DNA of 64,000 bases from the human T2T-CHM13v2.0 reference genome, Homo sapiens (GCF_009914755.1 NC_060936.1); one strand, 5' to 3'. Positions 17,296 through 38,247 are shown, counted from the stretch's first letter. The notes: generated from the sequence alone by a model not told the origin. Program-made: numbers and translations.

Positions 17296-18819
17296 TTATT
17301 TTATTGAGAGGACTTACTGGTTGAACAAAGTGGCTTTGTTCAACTAATGGTTAGGCGTGTATAGAGGATTCTGTGCCTTGTGTCATTTTCCAACTTTATC
17401 TGTCCCCATGGAATTTGCACGAAGAGGTAAAGTGGGCCAGTTAGACATGATTTACCTTCCAGATTATGACTTCTACCCATTCAGATGACAGACGAAGAGA
17501 AGTATTGGAAGAAATTGTGCTTCCTTTGTCTCTATCTAACTGGATAATGGGTTGAAAAATGAATAATAAGTCTTGAATCATAATTTTTTAGACATTTTCA
17601 AAATTAGACAGTTTTTAAAACTGATTTAGTAAAATGGAGCACAAGCAGTAGTGCCATATATTGAAATCATGAATGCTGTTTTGTTTCTGACTCAAATTGT
17701 CCTCTCTCACAAATAATTGAAACCTTTTTTGCCTTCATTCCCTTGTCTTAACATAAGCCTGTCAGTCATCATCCTCTGCTTTTTATAGATTTTTTAAAAT
17801 TTGGTTTTTATAGATTTTTAATACCTGAATACATTTTAGTATGGTTTAACATTTTTAAAGTTTTGAGTTAGGTGTGTTGTTTTATAGCTTTGTGTTATAG
17901 TATAAGCAATTTACAAATGCCAATATTTTGTTTTACTGTTGGGAAAGATTACTGGTTAGGTGAAAAAATTTATCTGATAACCAGGTATTTACTCATATAT
18001 ACTGTAAGTTATGAAATGTAATACATTGTATGTCATTGTTACAAATTAGGTACTCCCCATTAATCTTATGGGAAGTGCCATGAAATGTGCTTCCTCTTGA
18101 ACAGCTTTGAGAGTAGCTATGCTACTATGCAGTAACCCTTACTTTGCCTTTCTACTTGTATTCCCCTGTTGGCCACTGGTCCTGTTATCTTTCCACGTCC
18201 CCTACTTCATTTTGAGTAGGTAAGTGCCAGTGGCAGCAGGTGGGTAAGTAATTTTACCCTACTTTTATGAATGTACAGAATGTATTTCTATACAGTATTT
18301 TTTCTGTACAAGTGACCAAAATATGATCAGTGAACATATGTGATGAACGTATGTAAATGTATATTAAGAATTTAAAAGTGTTTATAATTAAGGTCTTCAT
18401 ACTTCCTATGGATATAGGTTTTGAAAACTGAATATAAAGTAGCTCTTCTCTAATATATGTTAGCAAGCATAGTGTCTATGTAAAAAAGATGTGGATTCTT
18501 AATAAATATTTCTACATTTCTGTTATATCTCAGCCAGAATCCATTGTTTCCCCACATCAGAGGAAGCCTTTGCTCTTTGAGATGTTAATTTTTTGTCTTT
18601 TTTTTAGTGGTTGTCTATATATACATATATATATATATCTAGTCACAGAAATGACTATTTTATGAGACCTGAGTTGACATATGTATAATCATTTTCTAGT
18701 GAAGATCATGAAAGAGGAATTTGTTTTCTACATTTAATAGAATTGTGGATTTAGGAAACAAAAACTTTAGGACACCTGTACAGTTGTATCACATTTTACT
18801 TTTCAAGTTTGCTTGACAG

Positions 18820-18957
18820 GGTCAGTGCTGCTTGCCCATTTAATAAAGCTGGACAGCATCCAAGTCAGCATCTCATCGGTCTTCGGAAAGCTGTCTACCG
18901 AACTCTAAGAGCCAACTTCCAAGCAGCAAGGCTAGCTACCCTATATATGCTGAAAAA
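18820..18957 (+). CDS. VEZT: VEZT coding exon 6 (VSAACPF...YMLKN); alternative acceptor at 18808 adds LLDR
   Basis: gacag|G acceptor; ends at U12 donor AA|atatccttt; 138 nt, phase 2/2. Confidence 0.93.
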
Positions 18958-19349
18958 ATATCCTTTTCTGTTTATATATGAAACTAAGCAATGTTTCTGG
19001 AGTCCTGAATATAGATATTATAGTTGTATCCTGTGAAAGTTTACTGTAAAGTGAGATTGCCTATTTTGAAGCTAATTTCCATCATCAATTCTATGTTAAA
19101 ACTGGAAATGCATTCCTGGGGGAATGACAATAACAGACAGGAAGAAAGTTCTGTTCTTCTGTGACTGCTTTTTAAACAAGGAAAAAACTTGAAGTCTCTT
19201 CCTTTACTCATCCAAAGAATGAAGTCGAAAGAGTCTGGCTTTGCTAGGTCTGACATTTTAAACAAATTTCTCAACATGGCAGATTTGCATCATGGCATGT
19301 TAATAAACTGGCAACTGGAAATCCTTCCCTTTTCAAAAAAACAGGTTCT

Positions 19350-19556
19350 AGGAGCAGAATGGCTAAGTTCAAACACTGGCTGTATCAGTTACTTCCTAAG
19401 TGACTTTAAGCAAGTTTCTTAACCTCTCTATACCTTGCTTTAGTCGTGTTTAAAATGGCAATAATAACATCATCTTCCTTATTGGATTTTTGTTAGGATC
19501 AAATGAGTTAATCCATGTAAAGTGATCAGACATCATCTAGCATACAGTAAGCACCC
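19350..19556 (+). mobile_element. MIR
   Basis: gtgactttaagcaagtttcttaacctctc...taggatcaaatgagttaatccatgtaaagtg. Confidence 0.65.
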
Positions 19557-20666
19557 AAAGACTGCATGACAATAAGTCTGTCACTTAAATTTATTAAAAT
19601 AGGAAATTAGTTCTATTAGCCAGAAAATAAAGGCATATAAGAGCTTTATTTTAGTAAAGACATATAGATAAGTTAAATCCTGACTAAGTAGAAGGTAAAA
19701 AGACAACTTTGCCACTTCAGAATGCTGGGTATTGTAGCACTGATAAATATAATACTTAAAGTTTACAGGGTGCTTTATGTTCTATCATATCCTTATACAA
19801 ACCTTTGTAGCTAGATTTTCTTGTCTCCATTTTATGAGAAAACTGAAATAGAGGTTAAGTGACTTGTGCAGTATCATACAACTACTAATGGATGAAGTTG
19901 TGTCTTGACTGTAGGACTTATGACTTGAAACCATTTTTCTCTCTCTTTCTCTCTCTTTCTATATATATATGGAAATTTCACATATATATGAAATGGAGAG
20001 AAAGCATTTTAATTTTTATTAAGAACTTTTCCATTTTATTCCCCATTGCCTAAATGCCGGTCTGCTATATGTCAGCCATTCTTCCAGGTGCTAGGAAAAC
20101 TGAGTAAAAATATGTACTACCTACTTCTAAAGACTTTTGAATGTGATCAATAGAGAAATCAGTATTCATAATATTATATAAGTGCCGTGGGTGCCTTCCA
20201 ACATAGCAGGGCAACATACTTGGTTTATGGAGTCAGAGAATGCTTTCAGGGAGGTGACATCTAAGTTGAGCTTCAGAGAATGAATAGAAGTTGGCCATGA
20301 GGATAAGAGTCTGCATTCCAGATAGAAGGAAGCAAAAACATATGGAAAGAAATAGAGATATGACAGTGTGGCATGTGAACTGTTGGTCATTCAGTAAATA
20401 TTTATGGAGCACAGACTGCCAGGCAATATGCTAATCACTAGACGTACAGTGGTAAACATAATAGACATGATCCCTGCCTTATGGAGCTTGTAGTTCAGTG
20501 TAGGGTAGGGAGTGAGAGGGTTAGCCTATCAAAGACTACAGACTGTATGAGTTCTTTGTGCCAGTCATTTTTCTAGAAACTGGGGACCTGGCAGTGAACA
20601 AGATAGACAAGATCCTTATTCTCGTGGAGCTTACCTTCTAGTAGATGAAATAATCAATAAAATATG

Positions 20667-23261
<2,595 letters not shown>

Positions 23262-23510
23262 TTAACCCTTTTGAAGACTTGAACTGTTAATTTTTTAGAC
23301 ATTAAAAATTGTATCCACAAGTATCCAAGATATCTGAGGTATTATGTTAATATATTAGATACTTAAAATTAATTTGTGTTTAAAAACTGCTGTAAACCTC
23401 CTCATCCAAAAGTTCAGAATAAAGATTAGGGAATGTGATATAGGACAATTTCACTGTATCTTTTATGCTTTCATGAAAAGGCTTTGTTGATTGCCTTAAC
23501 CTAATTTAAC

Positions 23511-23658
23511 CTACCCCCTGAACTCTGAGAGTGACAATGTAACCAACTACATCTGTGTGGTGCCTTTTAAAGAGCTGGGCCTTGGACTTAGTGAAGAGCA
23601 GATTTCAGAAGAGGAAGCACATAACTTTACAGATGGCTTCAGCCTGCCTGCATTGAAG
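23511..23658 (+). CDS. VEZT: VEZT coding exon 7 (YPLNSESDN...LPALK)
   Basis: tttaac|C U12 acceptor, AAG|gtaatc donor; 148 nt, phase 2/0. Confidence 0.94.
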
Positions 23659-24084
23659 GTAATCCATTTGTGTAAGGGAAGGGCTGAAGAAAAAATAGAT
23701 GCACTTGGATTGTGTCTATGCTTTCTGAATGTAAATAGTGCGTTTGTTCCACTCATTGTTTGCTGCATACCATCATCATAAATGCACGGGTGATGTTTGT
23801 AACTCTGTCTTTAAGAGCCGAGAGCATAATAAAGATTGGAAGAGGAGATCCTTAGATTTTGACGTCCAAATACTTAAAATGCTTAAAGAAATGCCTTAAA
23901 TTAGAGTTTGGAGATAAGTGAATTTACTTTAATTGGAGGCCAACGTGAGTGATTTTATAACTAGCCATTTGTTTCAACAAACATGGATAATGGGTTATCT
24001 CCAAAATTCTTAAGTTTTTTTTTCATACATCAAAAGCCACATGAAAGGATACATTTAGCTACATAGAAATTAAACTTTTGGGCT

Positions 24085-24359
<275 letters not shown>

Positions 24360-24379
24360 GTAAACTTTTAACTTCAAAT

Positions 24380-24992
24380 AATGCATACTTCAAATGCAAA
24401 CAAGCTCAAGAAAAATTACAATGATTTATAACAAAGAGTTTTAATTTTTTTTTTTTATGCAGAGCACTCTAAAGTGTCTAAGATCTATAGAAGATAAGTT
24501 GGGTGCATGAACTGACAGTTCACAAAAAAAGAAACACAGGCTAGTCCCAGTGAGGTTGTATTTTACAACGAATTGATCACAACCAGTTATAGATTTCTTT
24601 GTTCCTTCTTCACTCCCGCTGCTTCATTTGACTAGCCTAAAAAGAAAAAACAAGAAAAGAAGAAATACAAATGGCCAATAAATATGATAAAATTTTTCAT
24701 TTTAGTAATGAAAGAACACAAATAAAAATAATAAGCCGACCATTTTGCCAAGTATATTGAAAGTTGGTAATTTCATTATCACTGAAGATTCAGGGAGACC
24801 TCACACACCAATGGTGAAAGTATAAACTGGTTCACTTTAGCAGTGAATACCAATCTTCATACAGGTGTATGAAGCAAAATTGCTTTATTCTAGCAATTTT
24901 AATTTGCCCTTACAGATTTATCTCAGAAAGTAACCAAAGATATACCCAAAGTATGTTCATGACATTAGTGTAGCAGCCAACATTGGAAACAA
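24380..24992 (+). mobile_element. Old L1M fragment hosting the Y3 pseudogene
   Basis: agaaatacaaatggccaataaatatg...ggtgaaagtataaactgg. Confidence 0.55.
24539..24638 (+). pseudogene. Y3 RNA (RNY3-like) retropseudogene with A-rich tail
   Basis: ggctagtcc...aattgatcacaaccagttatagatttctttgttccttc...tgactagcct; flanking aagaaa(c/t)aca duplication. Confidence 0.88.
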
Positions 24993-25360
<368 letters not shown>

Positions 25361-27516
25361 TGATCCAAATGTCTTAAGTTCCTACTAAGTATTTAGTAAG
25401 CTCTCTTTAGATGTTTCTTTGTTTTTAGTTTTTAAAACTTCCCTTGATACCGTGAAAATTAGTGCAAGTATTGTTGTTAGCATTTATCAAGATCCATTTT
25501 GTTTTGAGACTGTATTGACTTCCATATCTTTTACATTTTCTAAATCAACATAAATGTTCTAATAATCTTGTTTGTTTTCTTTCTTTCCTATTACGTAAAA
25601 TTTGCTTTGGCTTATTCCTACTCCCCTTCTAACCCATCTCAATAAATGGCACCACAAAAAACCTGGACACCATCTTTCTTGTCCCTCTTTTTGCCCACTC
25701 ACATCCAGTCTGTTAGCAGATTCTTATGTCACTTCTACCTTGAAAATGTATTTTAAACCCATCCACTTTTTTCTATATCCACCCCCGCCCCCGCACCATC
25801 CTAGTCCCAGCCACCATGCTAGTCCCAGCCACCATCATTTCATACTTAGGCTGCTGCAGTACTTTCCTCAGTTATCTAAAGTTATTTGTTTCAGAATGCA
25901 ACTTGACATGTAAAGAACCTTTTTAATGATTTATCCTTTGAATTTGTAATTCCCCTTCTACAAACTGCAGGAAATTATTTAAAACATAGTTAAACTTTAT
26001 ATACCAAGCTGCTTATTCACTTTGTGTTTATAATAGTGCACAATGGAACACTGCCTGAAAGTTCAAAAATAGAGGAATGGCTGTGTGAGTCATGCCAGAG
26101 CCACATGGTGAACCATTGTGTAGCAGCTACAGCTTGCCCGTGAAAATTCTGTAAAAACTTGGAGAAACATCTGTTGCCAGTGAAACAATCAGGATACATA
26201 AGTGTATATGCAATATGTCCACAACCCTGTTTAAAAAAAAAAATGAGGAGAAAATACCAAGATATATATAGCTACTCTTTGGGGTGGTGGGACTATAGAT
26301 ACTTTCACACCCTTTCGAATTTAATATCCTAACCTTGCTTTATTCTTTAAGGAAAATAAAGATTTTTTTCAAAGTACAATTTAAGAGATTCTTAATGTGG
26401 AAAATGGAGCAGACCTGTGTTTATATTTTAGCCCTGACTGACTAGCCATTTGCCTTTGAATAAGTTATTCTTTGAACTTATGTCACCTGTGAAAAGGAGT
26501 TACCATCCCTGCCTTATAAGGTATTAGATTAAATGAGAAGACATATTAAATACCTAGAACAGGGCTTGACATATAATGGGTACCCCCAAATGGTAATAGC
26601 TGTTATTCTTTAAGAAGGACTTGGAGAAAGAATTATAGTATTTCATTTCCTTTTAAATTACTTTTTGTTAACTCATCAAGATGCCTTGGAGATTTATTTC
26701 TTTATGCTGTTGATGTACTGTTTTTAAAAGCTTATTAAATCCTGAATTGTACTCTAGCTTAAGTATAGGCAGCAAAGAGAAGTTGTGGACCCTGTGGAGT
26801 CAGATTTTCCAGGTTTCACTCTAGCTCCGTTATTTGACTACTGTGTGGTCCTGAGCAAATCATTGTTTCTGTGTTTATTAAAATGGGATAATTGCAATGC
26901 TTGCCTCCAAAGGATTAGATGTTTGTCAGTTCAGTGCCTGGTGTAGAGTAAGCAATTAATGAATGTTAGCTGATTTTTAAAATTCTATCTGATATGGCCT
27001 GCTCTGAAATGTGAGACTTGTTCTCTGTTGCTGTATCCCCATCCTACCTTCCAACAATGGTGATTATAGCTAGATTCCTTTTGCTCACTCACAGTGTTTT
27101 ACAAATCAAACTATAATAGTATTTTTATATTTCTTTTATTTTTACATATAACTAACCTGTAACCAAACTCAATGATTGTGTTACAGTTACCACATTTATC
27201 AGGCTCTGAAAGGAGCCTTATCTTGAGGAGCTCTATAGACTTTGCAAACTGTTGAAAACCCCTGTAATGTTCAAAGACTGTGTATTACCCCCTTCTGTAG
27301 TTACCACTGTATCGTTATTGAGATAAGAAATTTAAAAATAGATTTTGTAAGTTAAATTTTTAAAAGTGTGTTGCCCCCTCTAAAGAAAATACATTTTGGA
27401 TTTATTTTTTATTGTTCCCGTATCTTCCCTCAGGAAAGTTTAGTGATAGTAAGTATTGCACCTTTAGAAAGAAAAGCAACCTCCAAATTGTAGCCTGAGG
27501 AGACATAAATAAAATA

Positions 27517-28102
<586 letters not shown>

Positions 28103-28373
28103 CCCTAGAACACAGTCCTTATCCCTCTCTTTTCCTTTAAGTTTTTAACTAGTTTTTTAAATTTATGAAGTCATCTGTTTCCTGCTCTAGAAAAAATAAA
28201 TGCACACATTGTGAAATGCTTTAAATCAAAATTTTCTGTTTACCTATCAGCTATGGTTATCTCCTTATCCAGAGGAGCTTTCCTTATCCAAAGAACAAAC
28301 AGGAAAAAAGAAATACATATTTCTGAGTTCTGGTTTAAGTGGGTAATGTGACAGTGATTGGATGACAAATTAG

Positions 28374-28653
<280 letters not shown>

Positions 28654-28699
28654 TTTAGTCTTTTCAAAAGCCGCAGTAAACTGTACCAACTTGATTCTT

Positions 28700-29291
28700 G
28701 CAGTTATCTTGACCCAACATGCTGGAATCATCCTTGTTAACTCTTTTTCTCTCAATACCAATCAGTCAAGAGATTGTGTTAGTTCTGCTTTCACAATGTA
28801 TCCAGAGTCCATCTGCTGCTCACCTTCCACCACTAACCACCGTGGTCTCATTAATGCTTACCTGGAATATTGCAGTAACTTCCTTACTGGTTTCTCCACT
28901 TCTACTCTCATTTTCCTATAATCTCTCAACTCAGCAGACAGTATGGGCCTGTTAACGCATAAATCAGATTATGTCATGCTTCTGCTCAGAACCCTTCAGT
29001 GGCTCCCCATTGCTTACCTGGCCCCAGCCGTACTGAGCTTCTTGCTGTTCCATAGATCTACCCTGTGTGCTCCCACAACAGTACTTTGCATTTGACTTCC
29101 TGCTCCCTAGAACTCTCTTCCTTGATGATTATCTCATGGCTCACTTCCTTCAGGTGACACTTTTAGAGACCTCCCCAGCCAGCCCCTTCTCCTCTCTCCT
29201 TCGCGCTTTCTGTCTCTCTCCCCCCCTTTCATATGTGTACACACACATACACACACACACACACACACACTATTCCCCCCCTTTCATATGT

Positions 29292-29325
<34 letters not shown>

Positions 29326-29575
29326 TTCCTCTTCTTTGCTGTGTTTTTCCCATCAACCAAGAAACACTATCTTTCTTTTTCTTCCTCGACAATCATTACT
29401 GCAAAAGGGAAATAGTATCTTTTACTTGTAAATTATTATCTGTGCCCCTCTACTTGAATATAAGCTCCATCAGAGTGGGGACTCTTCATTTTTGCTCACT
29501 GCTGTTTATCTGCACCTAGAACAGTGCCTGGCACATCATGGGTGCTCAAGAAATCATTTCTGAATGAACGAACAA
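28700..29575 (+). mobile_element. L2 3' fragment
   Basis: aaatcagattatgtcatgcttctgctcagaacccttcagtggctcccc...cctagaacagtgcctggcacat...tgaatgaa. Confidence 0.7.
29220..29329. repeat. Duplicated compound microsatellite [ccccccctttcatatgtgta(ca)n ctatt] x2
   Basis: Read directly. Confidence 0.88.
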
Positions 29576-30058
29576 AAGAATAAAAATCATTGTAATCATA
29601 AAATTTAACAGTTGAATAAGAAGGCTTGCAAGTAAACTTGCAAGTCAAGAATCCCTAGATATCACATCTGTAGCAACTAGGAAATTAGGCCTTGGTCACT
29701 TTAAAAAAAAAATAAGTTAATGGTAAAATAGATATACATGAAATAATCTTAATTCATTATTGGCATAATTTTAAAATTCATTTACTAAAACCATCTAAAT
29801 ACTGTCTATTTTCATGGTTGTGAATAATTGGAATCTAAATTACCCAAAGTGGTTTCATCCTCTTTTTATTCCCTGCTACCTCTTGTTTCATACTACATTG
29901 TTTCCTCATGCATTTGTTTCGGAGATATTGTCCTCATCTTGAATAGGACTATATCTGGAGAAATATTTTGCTGCCAGGATTCAGGATGTATCTCAGGAAC
30001 GGGCCTATGAACATATTCAGACTGCATTTTAAAAAAAAGAAGAAGAATGGGATTTATC

Positions 30059-30603
<545 letters not shown>

Positions 30604-31081
30604 TGATTTTTATGTTAATTTCTTAGCTAATTCCTAGGGCAAGGTAATAGTCTTATTTTGAAACCCAAGCTTTTGATCCATGTGACTCATTTCTTTGGAG
30701 AGAAAAAAATATATATATATATGTATATATATCCACTAGTCCTACTATCTTCTTTTCTCCTATGTGAAAATTTTTTTTAAATAATGAGTGAAGATTCACT
30801 TTTACTAAATTATCTCATTCCATCAACACTTCCCATCTAGGGCAGAACTGTAGTAAATTATATATTGATGTTACCTGCTGTATTGGAATCAGAGGTTCCC
30901 ACACACATAATTTGAAATCATATTCTTGGCTAATCTTAAGGTAGTTTAAGTTCGGCTATATTTATTATTTAGGATAAAGTGCAAAATTTAAACCAGAAGT
31001 TAAGATAAACAAATTTATAGTTTGTTTTGAACACTGACCAATATTTTTATTGATCTAGTTCTTTTTTCTTTTTTCTTTAAG

Positions 31082-31413
31082 GTTTTGTTCCAACTCTGGG
31101 TGGCACAGAGTTCAGAGTTCTTCAGACGGTTAGCCCTATTACTTTCTACAGCCAATTCACCTCCTGGGCCCTTACTTACTCCAGCACTTCTGCCTCATCG
31201 TATCTTATCTGATGTGACTCAAGGTCTACCTCATGCTCATTCTGCCTGTTTGGAAGAGCTTAAGCGCAGCTATGAGTTCTATCGGTACTTTGAAACTCAG
31301 CACCAGTCAGTACCGCAGTGTTTATCCAAAACTCAACAGAAGTCAAGAGAACTGAATAATGTTCACACAGCAGTGCGTAGCTTGCAGCTCCATCTGAAAG
31401 CATTACTGAATGA
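31082..31413 (+). CDS. VEZT: VEZT coding exon 8 (VLFQLWVAQ...KALLNE)
   Basis: tttaag|GTT, GA|gtaagt; 332 nt, phase 0/2. Confidence 0.96.
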
Positions 31414-33441
31414 GTAAGTTTAGAAATTATACCAAGAAAGGTCTCGGTAATTAGCAAGCTTCATTCGTGTACCATTGTGGTTGTTGGCTTGTGTCCTACC
31501 TAGAAAAAAGAAACAAAACTGAGGCATGAGCATGAAGGGTGATTTATAGCTATAAATATAGCAAAAAAAAAAAATAATTTATAAGTACTATAACTTGAGG
31601 GAGTTATTATTTATAGTTTTTACTTTTCCTTAGTTCAACAGAAAACTTGGAAAAGTAGGCTAAAAGCAGGTGTTGTTCATTCTCTTTGAGAGCTGAAATG
31701 GAGATGGTTATAAAGAATGAGTTTCTTTTAACTGTCTTAAGGTAGTGCTCTTAAACTGGAACCTGCAGTCCAATAGAAATATCTACCAGTACTGGAACAG
31801 TATATATGTTATATATAGTGGAAGAGTAACATATTGCTATTTTTCTAAATAAATTACAGCAGATCTGAAAATTTTTTTGTATCACAGGACAAGCTTTGTG
31901 GTCCCAGTTGAAGAGCAAAATGTAGAGTCTAGAGTTTATATTTGTTCATTTCCTACCTTGCATGAAATTGTTGGTACACTACCTTAATTCCTAAATTTTT
32001 ATGTCCCACTTTGGTATACCTTTATCAGCTGAAAATACTATTTTCACATATTTGTACATGGAAGTTTTCAAGTTTAAAAATTGAATCAAGGCATTTAATT
32101 GAATACAGTCATTTCCAGTGAAATTTTTCTCTAACAGTTAAATACTCATCGTGTAGGACTGGATCAAATGAATGGTTGGGTTCAAATTGTGTTGGTAATC
32201 AGGAAGGTCCTAGGAATTTAAAGAGCTGACAAGATTGTAGTTGATGTACTTGACCCTGGGATACAAGGCAAGAAGTGGAATGGGGAAGGCAGTATTTGAT
32301 TATGTAAATAAGAATGGGTCAAAAGGACTTGATACATCAGCAAAATCAAAAGGCTAAATCAGCAAATCAAAATCACTGGAATTAGGGAGGATAAGAGATA
32401 CAAGGATAGGAACTTAAAGTCAGAAAGATATTTTTAGAAGCTAAGTTTTTACCCATCAGTTCAAGGCCTGAGTTGGGCTTGATATAAGGCTTGATATAAG
32501 GCTGATATAAAGATTATGGCATAGGAAAAATGAAGACACTATGAACTCAGGGTATTCCAGTGGTCTATATCTGCTGTTCTAAGAAAGCAGGTAAATGCTA
32601 ACGAGGCTCTTAGCCCTGCCTTCTACAGGGAACTGGGCGATAAGGCCATCTCCACTTGAGTGGGTGGCAAAGGTTGGATTGTCCTCAAAGGAAAATAAGA
32701 TTTCAGTGGACAGGTTGTAGGCAAAGCCAGAGCCTCCGAAGAAGTAAGTTTTGGCAATAGAATCAGAAATATACGGCGCATATTAGAATGCATTTGAGTG
32801 AGGGAAGATGGCTCAGGGAAGAAAGAGTGCTACACAAGGTAGACATGAACACAAAAAAGAGGAGCTTTGTACCATGAGCAGGAATTGTGGATTATGCATA
32901 GGAAGTTTTTGTCCTGTTTTAAAGTGTAATATTCTATACATGCTAATGTCTCTCACCTTTCTAAGTATTTTCACTAGAAAGTACACCAGTCACAAACCAT
33001 CATATCCAATTTGCTCTGTAGTGCTGCTACATACAACTTTTTGAATTGTTAACTAAATAATTGTTTTGTGTTTCATATTTTAGAATGCTCTTTTTGTGTC
33101 TCACTCCTCTCCCCCTTGTGTTCTTTGCTGTTCCCACTCTCAGTGCCTCATGTGGAACCATATTGTCTCTTCCCTACACTAGGGCATTAATTTCTAACTG
33201 TTCTCCCCACCTCCAGGGTGTGTATGGCCAGATTAGTGTTACTGAGGCATATATTTGCTTTCTCACTTCACTGAAAATCTTGACTGGTTTCGGAGTCATA
33301 GCAGCTCAAACTAAAGTCCTTACAAAACATACTATAGAAGGGTTTGTCATAACCTGACTACAGTCTGTTTCTATCTTTAATTCTCATTCCTTTCCTTCAG
33401 TCCAGCCAAACTGTATAAATGCCTTTTCCCATGGTCCTTCT

Positions 33442-33917
<476 letters not shown>

Positions 33918-33930
33918 TAGAACAAGCTTC

Positions 33931-34287
<357 letters not shown>

Positions 34288-34545
34288 TCAATGCTACCTC
34301 AAAAATACCTCTTCCTTAGTTGTTCCCCATCTGTCCTTGCAGTTGGTAGTAATTTTCCCTTCTTCTGATTTCTCATAACACTGTCTCTCTGTGGTATTAT
34401 CCTTTTGTGCCTGTATTCAGCCCAGTTTTACATCTTACTAGCTTTGTGACTCTAGGCAAGTTTCCCCGACTCTCTGGGCCTAATTCCTTATTATCTGTAA
34501 AATGGAAATAAAATGGTAGTTCTAATTATTTATGATATTGTAGTC

Positions 34546-35750
<1,205 letters not shown>

Positions 35751-36084
35751 GGGAAGTGGGGGTGGGGTGGGGTAGGGAGGGGCGGTGGATATTATATTTT
35801 GCTTACATATATGTGTAATATCACTTGTTATTTCTTATGAATAGCAGATGAGTTTAATTTTTCTTTTTGGCCCATAAAATGCCTAGTATGTATGCAAGAA
35901 ATATTTGTTGAATAAATATGTAATACTCTTTATAAGCTTTTTAAAAAATTGTGTCAAAGAATACATAACAAAAATTATCATTTAATCATTATAAAATGTA
36001 CAGTTCAGTGGCATTAAGTGTATACACATTGTTGTGTAGCCATTACCACTGTCCAACTCCAGAACTTTTTTCATCTTATAAGCC

Positions 36085-36347
36085 TTTTTTCTTTTTTTTC
36101 TTTTAATTGAGATGGGATTTCACTCTGTCCCCCAGGCTGAAGTGCAGTGGCGCTATTGTGGCTCACTGCAACCTCTACCTCCCAGGCTCAAGCAGTCCTC
36201 CCACCTCAGCCTTAGGCACATGCTACCATGCTCGGCTAATTTTTTGTATTTTTGGTGAAAAAGGGGTTTCACCATGTTGCCCAAGCTGGTTTTGAACTCC
36301 TGAGCTCAAGCCATTCACCTGCCTTGGCCTCCCAAAGTGCTGAGATT
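36085..36347 (-). mobile_element. AluJ-like close to the exon 9 acceptor
   Basis: Alu reverse consensus. Confidence 0.85.
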
Positions 36348-36434
36348 TAAGCTTATTTTAAAATAAGCCTCGTAAATTATAAATTTTTCATTTCATATTA
36401 TAGAAATCTGTTTCTGTTTTTCTTTATGACTCAG

Positions 36435-36628
36435 GGTAATAATTCTTGAAGATGAACTTGAAAAGCTTGTTTGTACTAAAGAAACACAAGAACTAGTGTC
36501 AGAGGCTTATCCCATCCTAGAACAGAAATTAAAGTTGATTCAGCCCCACGTTCAAGCAAGCAACAATTGCTGGGAAGAGGCCATTTCTCAGGTCGACAAA
36601 CTGCTACGAAGAAATACAGATAAAAAAG
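36435..36628 (+). CDS. VEZT: VEZT coding exon 9 (VIILEDELE...NTDKK)
   Basis: ctcag|G, G|gtacct; 194 nt, phase 2/1. Confidence 0.95.
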
Positions 36629-37654
36629 GTACCTGTGAGAGATTTCTTTGCCATATGCTTATCAGACATGCTTATTCCACTCTGGTAGGATTTTATTAGG
36701 TAGACTTCTTGTCTTTATGATGAAACTAGCTTCAAAATTTCTTAGTTTACTTTTTTTTAATGTTGAATTTATATGTACAAAGTGACACTGAATACAATTC
36801 TTGGCTCTCATTTTGTAAATTAAAAATGAATATGATTTGAAAGTTCAGTGAATCATATCTCTTTTTTAAAAAGACTGAAATGAGAGAATAAATTTTGATA
36901 GCATTTTTCTATTATTAGAACTTCCAGAAACTCTTTTTCAGTTAGGATAATAAAAGAATGAGTTTGATAGTCTGGGGCTAGGAACTTGAGTTTTTCTTTT
37001 AAGATAAAATACTTAACTTTAGTCATTCAAAAATAATATACAAATGATATAATTAGTGGCACTGCATATTTAGTACTAAGATCTAAAGACATTGTGTCAT
37101 TATTTAATAATATATCAGATTGCTTTGTGCTACTAGGTAAAAAAATATATATATAGTCTTGAGATTTTTCCACCAAGCTGCTTTTATGTGACTCCGATTT
37201 TATGCTTGTTTTTACCTCACTGATTTCATTTTTCAATGTTTGGCATATCAATTTTTAAAAACTGTGCTGCAAATCAGTACCATATTTATCTCTTGGATGT
37301 TTATTGTGAGGTTACTCAGACTTAGGCATAGAATTTGCATTGTTGCTAAAGATAATTAATGCTTTACCATCCTGTTATTTTTGTGTTTACAGCTAGATTT
37401 GTAATAATTTCTTTAATGTCTTAAACAAGCTTGAACAAATCCTTAGATAGGAAAAGTATTCACTTTTTCCAAAGGAAATATTAACATGCTAATTACTGAT
37501 ATATTACCCGTAGGTTTTCTTAATATCTCAAATGTAAACTGTGAATAATTTTTTCTCCAAAGGATAAATCTACCAAGAAACTCTGATATATGCAAATACT
37601 TATGCATATTAAACTTTCTGATATGACATCTAGAGCTTTTGTGTACATTTTCTA

Positions 37655-38247
<593 letters not shown>

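Noticed and set aside
29067-29519. 150-aa ORF with HTHTHT repeats
   Set aside because: Translation of a CA microsatellite within L2 sequence
32476-32510. Short tandem repeats (ggcttgatataa x3; also 18-mer at ~25793-25836 and 25-mer at ~22484-22527)
   Set aside because: Ordinary slippage duplications with no spacers; not CRISPR-like or functional on present evidence
36629-36699. Open read-through after the weak exon 9 donor (GTACCT)
   Set aside because: Only 23 codons and no convincing adjacent poly(A) context; cannot support an isoform
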